Below are positions 28,289 to 37,369 of a DNA stretch of 64,000 bases, one piece after another. The DNA is from Myxococcota bacterium (GTDB lineage: Bacteria > Myxococcota_A > UBA9160 > UBA4427): NCBI GenBank assembly GCA_029243605.1, contig JAQWRT010000015.1, forward strand, positions 9,423 through 73,422. The letters are read 5' to 3'. A program made the translations under genes and the position numbers. Under the pieces are notes generated by a model. It was not told the origin of the DNA. It worked only from the letters and a program-made list of their open reading frames with translations, and did no database searches. The number at the start of each line of letters is the position of its first letter. Position 1 is the stretch's first letter.

Positions 28289-29926
28289 TTACTGGAGATA
28301 GTTCGTTCCGCCTATGCGTGAGGCTTTCGGATCGACTCGCACATGGACGATAGCGATTTTGCCCGAGGCTATGGCGCGGTCCAGGGCAGGGCGAATGCCT
28401 TCGGCGGTGTCGACATATTCCGCGTGGCCGTCGACCATCTCCGCCATTTTCTCATATCGTGCCGGAAGCAGCGAGGCGATCATCGGGGAGTCGGGGGGGA
28501 GCATGTGATCTTGCAGCATATGACCCGCGATGCCCTCGTTGTTGATGACGACGAGCAGCGGGTTGGCCCCCACTCGGGCGGCGGTTTCTACGGCCATGGC
28601 CGCAGAGCCGAAGGCATAGTCGCCGAGTACGCCAACGGAAAGGCGATCCGGGGAGGCGAGGCTAGCCCCCACTGCATAGGGGACTCCCACACCCATGGAC
28701 CCGGTGGTACCGGCATTGAAGCGGCTGCGGTTGGTGAAGGAGGGAAGCATGGCACGGCAGATCCCCATGGTGGTCTCGCCCTCGGCGGTCACAATTGCAT
28801 CCCGGGGGAGGGCATCTTTGATTTCGGCCACCACCCGGTAGGGGTTGATGGGCTGGGAATCGTCGCGCTGGGCGGTGAGAAGGCTCGCCTCATTGAGTTG
28901 GGCTTTTTCGCGCAACCCCTGGAGCCATCCCTCGGCGCTACGAGTCAGGGAAGCCTGGCCTAGGGCCGTCGCCAGCGCTTCGGCAGTGGCTCGGGCGTCG
29001 GCCACAATGCCCTGTGTGATCTTGGCACCCGAAGTCATTTCCTCGGCTTCGATATCGACTTGAATGAGCTTGGCATCGGGCGCGAAGCGCCGCCCCATAC
29101 CGAAGATCCAGTTGAAGCGACCCCCGAACATGACGACGACATCGGCGCCCGAGAGCGCCTGGGAGCGAGCCGCATTGGCGAAATTCGGGTGATCGTCGGG
29201 TAGGGTGCCCCGGGCCATGGGCGCGCACACATAGGGAATGCCGAGATCGACCAGTTTTTGGATGGCGGGTCCGGCGTCGGCCCAGGCGGCTCCCTTGCCC
29301 AGGAGGATCAGCGGGCGCTCGGCGCTGGCCAGAAGGTCGGCAATGCGCTGGACGGCATCGGGGTCGGGGTGGGGGGTGGAGATTTCTGGGGCTTCGGGAA
29401 AGTCGATCGTGTCCTCTTCGGCCGTGGCCGAGACCAGATCGCCGGGGAAATCGAGGTAGACGCCGCCCGGTTTGCCTTCGAGAGCCTTTCCCATGGCCAG
29501 ATGAATCCACTCGGGGATGCGCTCGGTGGAGTCGACACGCCCGGTCCACTTGCAGACCGAGCGGGTGGCCGCGATCTGATCGAGCTCTTGAAAACCACCC
29601 AGTCCCGTGGTGTTCGAGTAGGCTGAGCCTCCGAGCACGATCAAGGGCATGGCGCTTTCGGTGGCGATATAGAGGGGGGTGACGCAGTTGGTGACCGCCG
29701 GTCCCGAGCCTGCCACAAAAATCCCTGGGAGCTTTTTCTGCCAACCCCAGGCAGAAGCCATCAGGGCGCCGTTGATCTCGTGCCGGCAGCCCACGGCCTT
29801 GAGACCCTCGAGTTGGGCTCCCGCGAAGAGCTCGATCATCGGGCCGGCCACCACACCGAATAGGGTGTCGACTCCGGACTTCTTCAACTGTCGAGCGGCG
29901 AGCACTCCGCCATTAACTTGGGCCAT
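28289..29926 (-). CDS. Thiamine diphosphate-dependent enzyme (oxalyl-CoA decarboxylase / 2-hydroxyacyl-CoA lyase / acetolactate synthase-like)
   Basis: It has N-terminal Pyr, central and C-terminal PP domains, and a ThDP motif region GDYAFGSAAMAVETAARVGANPLLVVINN. The start MAQVNGG is preferred because of a GGAGGA RBS. Confidence 0.85.
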   Translation of the reverse strand: MAQVNGGVLAARQLKKSGVDTLFGVVAGPMIELFAGAQLEGLKAVGCRHEINGALMASAWGWQKKLPGIFVAGSGPAVTNCVTPLYIATESAMPLIVLGGSAYSNTTGLGGFQELDQIAATRSVCKWTGRVDSTERIPEWIHLAMGKALEGKPGGVYLDFPGDLVSATAEEDTIDFPEAPEISTPHPDPDAVQRIADLLASAERPLILLGKGAAWADAGPAIQKLVDLGIPYVCAPMARGTLPDDHPNFANAARSQALSGADVVVMFGGRFNWIFGMGRRFAPDAKLIQVDIEAEEMTSGAKITQGIVADARATAEALATALGQASLTRSAEGWLQGLREKAQLNEASLLTAQRDDSQPINPYRVVAEIKDALPRDAIVTAEGETTMGICRAMLPSFTNRSRFNAGTTGSMGVGVPYAVGASLASPDRLSVGVLGDYAFGSAAMAVETAARVGANPLLVVINNEGIAGHMLQDHMLPPDSPMIASLLPARYEKMAEMVDGHAEYVDTAEGIRPALDRAIASGKIAIVHVRVDPKASRIGGTNYLQ

Positions 29927-30194
29927 GAGATCCTCCCTTAGGGGTTTCGGCTCGATGAGGGTCGCCTTCAACGGGTAACACGCCCAGGCCCCAGTGGCAT
30001 GGGCGCAACTTATCCTGGAGGTCCCGGCGCCGTTGCGGGGATCGCCGTGGGAGAGGTTCTGGAGCGGTTCAACGCCCCACGACGGCCCGGTCTACTGGGG
30101 AGATCGCTCGTGCGATTCCCGAGTCGTGATGGGGAGATAAAGGCCGATATCGGATTGACTCGATCCAGGGCCCGGGGTTCTCTATCCTGAGGGG

Positions 30195-31484
30195 GTGGGG
30201 AACTGGAAAAAGAGAAGGCGCGCTGAGGGTGCGGTGGTGAAAGCCAGAGTCCTCCGGGGACTCGTGATGGCTGGCCTCTGCCTGGGCATCGTGGGCGAGA
30301 GCTGGGGCCGAGATCTTTTCGTCTTTGATATCGAGCTCGACGGCGGCGAAGCCGCAGCGAGCTCGACCAACTCCTTCCTCCAAGTTGGGGATCTCTTCGA
30401 CGAGAGCAGCCTGATCGATCTCTTCGGAGCCGATTATGAACCCGAAACCACCGGGGTGACTGGGAATCTTGATCTGCGCGGCGTCGCCACGCGCCTGGTC
30501 TACGACGCGAATCTTGTTTCGCTTCGCTTTGAAATCGTGGGTACGGGTTTCGAAATTGAATTTGCCGACGGAACGACCCGCGACGAGAACGAGGCCGATT
30601 TTCAGGCCTGGCTCCAAGGCGACGATGGAGAGGGCACGGTGCTGAACGCGCTTCTCCGGGAATTCGTTGCCTCCTCTCCGGTTGACCCTGTGGCAGGAAA
30701 TCCGAACAGCCTTGAGAGCCGGATGTTCGACGGCGATTTTGAGTTGGGCAGTATGGGCCCCTTCCTTTCGGATTTTCCCACGGGTACCGAGGATGTTCCC
30801 AACCTCTGGAAATTTGATTTCAACTTTGGTCATTTCGCCGCCGGCCCCTATGGGGGAGACACCTACGAACTCGATCTGGCCTATGCCTGGAACCCCGGCC
30901 GTCGCTTCTCGGTGCTAACCGATCTGGCTTTGATGTTCAGCGTCGATGAGGGTGAGGCTCTGACTGGGATCGGCCATTTCGGATTGGGGATCCAGGCCCG
31001 GATTAAGGATTGGTGGAATCTTTCTTTGGTGGCTCGAGGCGGGGTCGCGGGCTCGGTGGACGTGGGTGCGGTGGGTGCCATGTACTCGGTTTCCTTGGTG
31101 AGCCACATTCGTTACCCCATCCGCGAGTACTGGTTCGAACTCCGCAATATGGTGGGTGTCGCCAACTCGATTGACGGAATCAAGATTGACGGGATCGAGC
31201 TCGATTACGACCTCACGAATGTCGTTCTGAAGAACGGTATCTCGCTGAATCGCGAGTTTGCTCCGAGTTCGCTCTCCAGTCCCCTTCGCGCCAGCGTCTT
31301 CTTCACCCAGACCGCTTATTTCGTCGACACCCTCTGGTTGGAATATACCCACGAGGTCGGAGCGGGTGTGGGACTGGTGGGCAAAGAGGGGATCTCGGCC
31401 TATTCCCCGGTTTCCCTGGATGCTTCGTATATTTTCTACGAACAATACGATGCTCTAAAACTCAAGCTCAGCCTTCGCTTCTGA
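30195..31484 (+). CDS. Hypothetical secreted protein, possibly an outer-membrane beta-barrel
   Basis: It has a signal-like segment LRGLVMAGLCLGIVGESWG, alternating-polarity strands and a C-terminal LKLSLRF ending in Phe. The start is uncertain and could be the GTG near 30237. Confidence 0.45.
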   Translation: MGNWKKRRRAEGAVVKARVLRGLVMAGLCLGIVGESWGRDLFVFDIELDGGEAAASSTNSFLQVGDLFDESSLIDLFGADYEPETTGVTGNLDLRGVATRLVYDANLVSLRFEIVGTGFEIEFADGTTRDENEADFQAWLQGDDGEGTVLNALLREFVASSPVDPVAGNPNSLESRMFDGDFELGSMGPFLSDFPTGTEDVPNLWKFDFNFGHFAAGPYGGDTYELDLAYAWNPGRRFSVLTDLALMFSVDEGEALTGIGHFGLGIQARIKDWWNLSLVARGGVAGSVDVGAVGAMYSVSLVSHIRYPIREYWFELRNMVGVANSIDGIKIDGIELDYDLTNVVLKNGISLNREFAPSSLSSPLRASVFFTQTAYFVDTLWLEYTHEVGAGVGLVGKEGISAYSPVSLDASYIFYEQYDALKLKLSLRF

Positions 31485-31539
31485 GCGGAGGGCGATGTCG
31501 TGGGATGCAAAAACATCTCACTTGGGTGAAACTCTCACC

Positions 31540-32709
31540 ATGAAACCGCTCCCCCGGCTCGAGTTGGACGGTGCCGTCGATGGCGATGGCCATGTGCTCG
31601 AGCCACCCGACCTGTGGAGGGAGTACCTGGAGCCGGCCTTTCGTGACCGGGCTCCCACGATTCGGGCCGATGATGCCGGACTCGAATATTTGGAGATCGA
31701 TGGGGCGGTTTCAAAGATCGTCCGAGGCGGGATGCCCGCGGGCCTGGGCGCCATGGACCGAGTGGCCGGCCACATCTATGAGCGTCCCGACAAGACCGGG
31801 CTCAAGTACGTGGATGAAGCACCCCTGGGCGCGATGGATCCTCTCGAGCGACTCGCGCGTCTCGACCAGGAGAATGTCGAGCGAGCCTTTCTCTACCCGA
31901 CGCTGACGCTCTTTTGGATCGCCGAGTGCGAGGACGAGGCGCTTACCCAAGCGTGCCTTCGTGCCTACAACCGTTGGATCGTCGATTTCTGCGCCGGGTC
32001 GAATGGGCGCCTGCTGCCCGTTGCCCAACTCTCTCTGGGGGATCCCGAGGCCGCCGAGCGAGAGGTCTTTCGGGTGGCGGAAGCCGGGGCGGCCGGGGTC
32101 TTTGTGGCGCCCTTCCAGTGGACACGCCGGCCCCTGGGCGATCCGGCCCACCATCGTGTTCTCGCCGCTGCCCAGGAATGCGGGCTGACCTTCGGCATCC
32201 ACCCTTCGCTCGAGCCCAAGTGGACCTCGCCCGGTCGCTTTGGCGAATACACGAGTGGGAAATACGCTTTTTTTCTCAACGTGACCTCGGCAGACGCGGT
32301 TCGCCATGCCTTCACGTCGCTCTTCCAATATGGCGTCTTCGAACTCTTTCCGAGCCTTCGGGTGGCCGTTCTGGAATCGGGCGCGGGGTGGGTGGGCTAT
32401 TGGCTCGATCGGATGGATACGGTTTACGGCTCACCCCAGGGCTTTCGCGTGCGGGAGCTTTTGCCCGAAAAACCCAGCTTCTATTTCCGGCGTCAGTGCT
32501 GGATCTCGGGCGACCCCGACGAAAAGTCGCTGGCGGCGATCATTCCCGGTGTGGGAGCCGATCGCTTTTTCTGGGCCTCGGATTTCCCGCACCCCGACCA
32601 TCCTCCGGATTATGTTCCCGAATTGGCTCGCTTGGTGGGGGAATTGCCTGAGGCACTGAGAGGCGGCTTCCTCGGGGCCAATGTCCTGGAGGCCTTCCGC
32701 CAGTCGTGA
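31540..32709 (+). CDS. Amidohydrolase_2 family metal-dependent hydrolase
   Basis: The start MKPLPRLELDGAVDGDGHVLEP carries the N-terminal metal motif, and WASDFPHPD lies near the C-terminus. Confidence 0.75.
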   Translation: MKPLPRLELDGAVDGDGHVLEPPDLWREYLEPAFRDRAPTIRADDAGLEYLEIDGAVSKIVRGGMPAGLGAMDRVAGHIYERPDKTGLKYVDEAPLGAMDPLERLARLDQENVERAFLYPTLTLFWIAECEDEALTQACLRAYNRWIVDFCAGSNGRLLPVAQLSLGDPEAAEREVFRVAEAGAAGVFVAPFQWTRRPLGDPAHHRVLAAAQECGLTFGIHPSLEPKWTSPGRFGEYTSGKYAFFLNVTSADAVRHAFTSLFQYGVFELFPSLRVAVLESGAGWVGYWLDRMDTVYGSPQGFRVRELLPEKPSFYFRRQCWISGDPDEKSLAAIIPGVGADRFFWASDFPHPDHPPDYVPELARLVGELPEALRGGFLGANVLEAFRQS

Positions 32710-32736
32710 GGGCTTGCCCTTGGCCTTGAGCGGTTC

Positions 32737-33981
32737 TCAATCGATAATCGCGCCGTATACGATCGATCTGAGCTGGGCGCGGAAATCGTAGGTTGCGCTG
32801 GGAAGGAGCTGGGTGAGGAAAACCACCGAGAGTTCTTCGGCAGGGTCCACCCAGAACGCGGTACTCGCCGCACCTCCCCAAGCAAATTCACCCTGGCTTC
32901 CCGTCGCGCCGGTTCGGGCCGGGCCGAGGTTGACTGAGAATCCGAGACCAAAGCCAACGCCTTCGTAGGGGGTTTCCGAAAATGAACCCTGGGCCATTTG
33001 GGTGAGGTCGACATCCCCGGGTAGATGGTTTTGGGTCATGAGTTCGATGGTCTTGCGCGAGACGATGCGGGCGCCGTCGAGCTCTCCACCTCGGCAAAGC
33101 ATTTCGGCGAAGCGTGCGTAGTCATGAGCGGTAGAAACGAGACCGCCGCCGCCCGAGGCAAAACCCGGCGGCTTCAGATAGGGGCTTGTGGCCGGGTCGT
33201 CCTGGAGAACAGTTTTGCGATTCATTTTTCGTTCGTAACAGGCTGGGAGTCGTGATTGTTTTTCGGGGGGCACGAAGAACCCGGTATCCACCATCCCCAG
33301 GGGTTCAAATATTTCCTCGCGTAGGAAATCCTCAAAAGGTTTTCCCGAAACCACCTGGACGAGATAGCCGAGGACATCCGTCGCCATCGAGTAGTTCCAG
33401 TGCTCGCCCGGTGAAAACTCGAGAGGTAGGCTCGCAATCTTCTGGACCGTCTCTTCGAGGTTTCCCGTGCGATTTAGCCCTTCGAGTCCGGCCTTGCGAT
33501 AGGCGTAATCCACGGGTGTTTTGTGCATAAATCCATAAGTCAGACCCGAGGTGTGGGTCAGTAGATCCCGAATGCGCATGGGGCGCGCGGGAGGTTCGGT
33601 GAGGAAGTGCGGGTAGGCCCCCATCTTGAATACGCCCTGATCGGCAAATGCCGGAATGAAATTCTTGACGGGATCTCGCAGTTGAAAGAGTCCCCTCTCG
33701 TAGAGCATCATGGTGGCGATGGATGTGATGGGTTTCGTCATCGAGTAGATGCGAAAAATCGCATCCTCTTTAAGCGGGCGTTCGCGTTCGAGTTCCATGT
33801 GGCCCAGGGGCGAGAGATGGGCGATGGCGCCACGGCGAGCGACCAGGGTCAGGGCTCCGGAAATTTTCCCGGGCTCGATGTAGCGCTCGCGGAGATGCTG
33901 GTCGATCCGGGCCAACCGCGCGCTGGAGAGTCCGACATCCTCGGGCTTGACTTGTTCCATCCTGGTGTGCTCCCCTCGCAT
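32737..33981 (-). CDS. Serine hydrolase, beta-lactamase/esterase (class C-like) family
   Basis: It has an SxxK motif in FRIYSMTKPITS and a Tyr motif region HWNYS. The start could instead be the ATG at 33960. Confidence 0.8.
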   Translation of the reverse strand: MRGEHTRMEQVKPEDVGLSSARLARIDQHLRERYIEPGKISGALTLVARRGAIAHLSPLGHMELERERPLKEDAIFRIYSMTKPITSIATMMLYERGLFQLRDPVKNFIPAFADQGVFKMGAYPHFLTEPPARPMRIRDLLTHTSGLTYGFMHKTPVDYAYRKAGLEGLNRTGNLEETVQKIASLPLEFSPGEHWNYSMATDVLGYLVQVVSGKPFEDFLREEIFEPLGMVDTGFFVPPEKQSRLPACYERKMNRKTVLQDDPATSPYLKPPGFASGGGGLVSTAHDYARFAEMLCRGGELDGARIVSRKTIELMTQNHLPGDVDLTQMAQGSFSETPYEGVGFGLGFSVNLGPARTGATGSQGEFAWGGAASTAFWVDPAEELSVVFLTQLLPSATYDFRAQLRSIVYGAIID

Positions 33982-34431
33982 TCGGTTTCCGGTCCGAGCC
34001 CTGATCGTATACTGTGAGGGAGAGAGTCTAGATGCGTAGGCTCGCGTTTATCAAGCAAGCGAGGCCGAGAAACCCGGGCGGGGGCGAAGGATCGGGGGCA
34101 GGCCACCGGCCCCGGCGAATGCCTCGATTTCCCGAGCAAGGCCCCGCGGGGGCTCCATTTTTGAGATTTGGAGCGCGGAAATTGGCTTCCGGGGAACGAA
34201 CGCGCTAATCAACGTCCCGACGCGGGTCAAATGCGACTCGCCAGCGGCGGCATTGGACCGACTGCAAATCCTGCCGAGGTCACGCCGCAAATCATCAATG
34301 CCACCCCCCTATTCGCAACTCGTTTTCGCAATGGGCGATTCGATTTAGCCGAACCCGGTGGGGCATTGAAATACAAGAACTGCCAGGCCTGTGCCCTGCA
34401 CACGCCTCGCGGTGGAGAACTTTTAAGCAAG

Positions 34432-35706
34432 ATGTCTGTATCCACGAACGACTCGCCGACGGGCTTCGACCTGTTCGGCTTCCACTCAACCCTGATTCGC
34501 GGCTTGGAAGCTGCGGGTTTTGAAGACCCCCGGCCCATCCAGGCCGAAACGATTCCGGCGGCCCTGACGGGACGCGATGTACTCGGGCTCGCACAGACGG
34601 GAACAGGAAAGACGGCGGCCTTTGCGCTTCCGCTCCTCGACCGATTCGTTCACGAGCGTGCCCCAGGTCCGCGTGCCCTGGTACTGGCGCCAACTCGTGA
34701 ACTGGCGACACAGATCGATGCCGAGATCCGAACCCTGGCTCGCTATACCCGCTTGAAAGCCGTTACGGTTTTCGGTGGCGTTTCCGCCCACGGTCAGATC
34801 AAGGCACTGCGAGCGAACCCCGAGATTGTGGTGGGGTGCCCAGGCCGGGTTCTGGATTTGATCGGCCAGGGTGTTCTGCAATTGCGAAATATCGAGGCTC
34901 TTGTTCTTGACGAAGCCGATCATATGTTTGACATGGGCTTTCTGCCCGACCTTCGTCGAATTCTGAAGTCGCTTCCGGCCAATCGCCAAAACCTTCTCTT
35001 CTCGGCAACCATGCCGGCGGAGATTCGGAAGCTTGCGGATGGGCTCTTGCGCGACCCTCATGTGGCCCAGCTTTCGGTTTCGGGCCCGGCAGAGACCATC
35101 GATCATGCCTTGCTTCCCGTTCGTGAGGATCGAAAGCGAGACTTGCTCGAGAAGATTCTATCTGAAGAATCGTGTGAGTCGGCGATCGTCTTTACTCGCA
35201 CGAAGCATCGGGCCAAGCGGATTGCACGTCAGCTTGAGCAGTCGGGGCATCGCGCCATTAGCCTCCAGGGAAATATGTCCCAATCCCAACGCGATCGGGC
35301 GATGAAGGGATTTCGCAAGGGGCAATACGATGTCCTCGTGGCTACGGATATCGTGGCGCGCGGGATCGACGTGCAGGGTGTATCGCACGTGATCAACTTC
35401 GATGTGCCGAATACGCCCGAGGCCTATACCCATCGGACCGGTCGTACCGGCCGCTCGGAGAATGAAGGTCGTGCTCTGACCTTCACGACCCGGGAAGATC
35501 TCGCCTGGCTGCGCGCTACGGAGAGGAAATTGGGCGCGCCGATCACTCGGAGAGTCATCGAGGGATTCGAGAGCGATTCCGATGAGTTGAAGAAAAAACC
35601 CGAGAAGTCTTCTCAGGCTCCGAGAGGGGGCCGCTCCGGGCGTTCCCGGACCGCAGCCCCGGGCCGAAACCGCTCGCGCCGAAACGGCCGATCGGCGCAC
35701 GCCTAG
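34432..35706 (+). CDS. rhlE: DEAD-box ATP-dependent RNA helicase (RhlE-like)
   Basis: It has a Q-motif region FEDPRPIQ, AQTGTGKT, DEAD (LDEADHM), SAT, HRTGRTGR and a basic C-terminal tail. The start at 34432 (MSVSTND) is preferred over the listed 34168. Confidence 0.9.
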   Translation: MSVSTNDSPTGFDLFGFHSTLIRGLEAAGFEDPRPIQAETIPAALTGRDVLGLAQTGTGKTAAFALPLLDRFVHERAPGPRALVLAPTRELATQIDAEIRTLARYTRLKAVTVFGGVSAHGQIKALRANPEIVVGCPGRVLDLIGQGVLQLRNIEALVLDEADHMFDMGFLPDLRRILKSLPANRQNLLFSATMPAEIRKLADGLLRDPHVAQLSVSGPAETIDHALLPVREDRKRDLLEKILSEESCESAIVFTRTKHRAKRIARQLEQSGHRAISLQGNMSQSQRDRAMKGFRKGQYDVLVATDIVARGIDVQGVSHVINFDVPNTPEAYTHRTGRTGRSENEGRALTFTTREDLAWLRATERKLGAPITRRVIEGFESDSDELKKKPEKSSQAPRGGRSGRSRTAAPGRNRSRRNGRSAHA

Positions 35707-35732
35707 GCGACCTTTGAGGGCGTGGGGGTGGA

Positions 35733-35755
35733 CTCGTCCGTTTTATTCGGACGAG
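35733..35755. terminator. Perfect 8-bp hairpin between convergent genes
   Basis: CTCGTCCG-ttttatt-CGGACGAG. It lies between the stops at 35706 (+) and 35784 (-). Confidence 0.4.
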
Positions 35756-35783
35756 ACGGCTCCCTCGCCCATGGGTTCGGTTC

Positions 35784-37271
35784 TTAGCGATACCGATTGA
35801 AGCGGAAAACCGAGAAGGTGTCGTTGGCGAAAACCATGGATAGGGAATCCCGATAGCTTTCGGGCAACCCTCCTGGACGTACCCAGTAGCGAGCGTTGAT
35901 GGACTCGGCGTAGCGCATCCATTCTTCGCGGTCGCCTCCCACGCGGAACTCCGAGGTCGTTCGGCCGGTGTAGAGAGCAAGCACACGAGGCTCGAAAAAG
36001 ATCAGGGTGTCGTCGGGCAATGTCTTGCCGCGAACGAATTCGTAGAGTTCCTTGGCGTCCGGCCCAGTAATGCTTTGAGTGATCGAATTGCGTTCGAGAG
36101 TGGCGGCCTGTAGCCCGTAGGCGAATAGAGCCAGCGCGCAAAATCCGCCGACCAGGGCTGGAACGAGAAGAGGGCGCCCCCAGCTGATTGGCTTGCGCTC
36201 GATACTGCGGATTCCCCTGAGGACCTGGACAGCGAAGAGGGGGAAGAGCGGGATCCAGTAGCGTTGGGGGGGACTCGTGTCGTGGAGTCTGATCAAGAGA
36301 TAAAAAGCAAGAGAGAGCAGCACGTACCAGTCGAGAACGTCGAGCTCGCGCCGCCGTGCTCGGCCGGCCAGACCGATGGCCAGGGCTAGAAACGCGACGA
36401 TGGCGACCGTAACTCCGAGTAGCTCCATGGGTGGGGCACTGCGCCAGAAATCAAGGAAGAGCTTGGGATAGTGAACGAAAAGGTTTTCTAAGGGCAGCAT
36501 GCTCCGAAGGTTCGATAGCTTGTAGATGAGGTGCCCGGCTTCGCTATGGAAGGCGAGGTTCTGGGCCACCGCCATCGGTACAAAAACCAGGGCAGCCAGC
36601 CAGGTTCGCCGTTCGAGCTTGCCCTCGCCCAAGAGATCCGCGGCTGCCAGTGCAGGCAGGACCAGCGCTCCGACACTCCGAGTCCCGTAGGCCAGGTAGA
36701 TGAGTACTCCGAGGAGAAGTCCCCATCGATTGTCTCGGGGGTTGGTCTCGCCTTGAAGGCGGCTCCGCTGGGCGGCCCAGAGCGCGACGCAAAGGAACAT
36801 CAGGAAGGGGAACTCGGACAGGACATTGTCCTTGAAATCCCAAAAAATCGGGTTCAGCCCCACCAGGGCCACCAGGGCGGCCCCCTCCATGCGCCCGCTC
36901 TGGGGGCGCTCAGCCCCTGCGAGGAAGCCCAGGGCCGCGATCAGACACGCGACGGTCAGGAGCTTCATGGGTGCCCAATCGACTTCCGAGGCGGTGGCCC
37001 AGGGGGCGAGCAGCAGGGGAAATATCGGCGGGTAGGACTGGGGAAGGCGCGCCGAGGCTTCGTTGTAGAGATAGCCCGTTTCCGCATAGTCCTGACCGGT
37101 CACGATATTGCGCGCGTGGAGCAGGTACATCGCGTTGTCCCCGCCCCAAGCATGCCCTTCTCGCAGAGTCGTTCCATAGAGCACCGCGACGCCCAGCAAG
37201 GCCAAGACGATGGGCCACCAGGGTGCGATCCGGCGGCGGCCCGGGCTTCTCTCGCTGGAGTTGCGGGTCAC
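35784..37271 (-). CDS. Polytopic membrane glycosyltransferase, GT39/ArnT-like
   Basis: 495 aa with more than 10 TM helices, an N-terminal loop motif GGDNAMYLLHARN (DxxxY-like) and a soluble C-terminal domain. Confidence 0.5.
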   Translation of the reverse strand: MTRNSSERSPGRRRIAPWWPIVLALLGVAVLYGTTLREGHAWGGDNAMYLLHARNIVTGQDYAETGYLYNEASARLPQSYPPIFPLLLAPWATASEVDWAPMKLLTVACLIAALGFLAGAERPQSGRMEGAALVALVGLNPIFWDFKDNVLSEFPFLMFLCVALWAAQRSRLQGETNPRDNRWGLLLGVLIYLAYGTRSVGALVLPALAAADLLGEGKLERRTWLAALVFVPMAVAQNLAFHSEAGHLIYKLSNLRSMLPLENLFVHYPKLFLDFWRSAPPMELLGVTVAIVAFLALAIGLAGRARRRELDVLDWYVLLSLAFYLLIRLHDTSPPQRYWIPLFPLFAVQVLRGIRSIERKPISWGRPLLVPALVGGFCALALFAYGLQAATLERNSITQSITGPDAKELYEFVRGKTLPDDTLIFFEPRVLALYTGRTTSEFRVGGDREEWMRYAESINARYWVRPGGLPESYRDSLSMVFANDTFSVFRFNRYR

Positions 37272-37369
37272 TGTGTGGTCCCTGCTTCCTGGGGTGCTCG
37301 GGCATTATTCGGCGGGGCACATCATACATGGGAAGACCCAGGCTCGGGCTCGATGTGCGAGGTGGTCGG

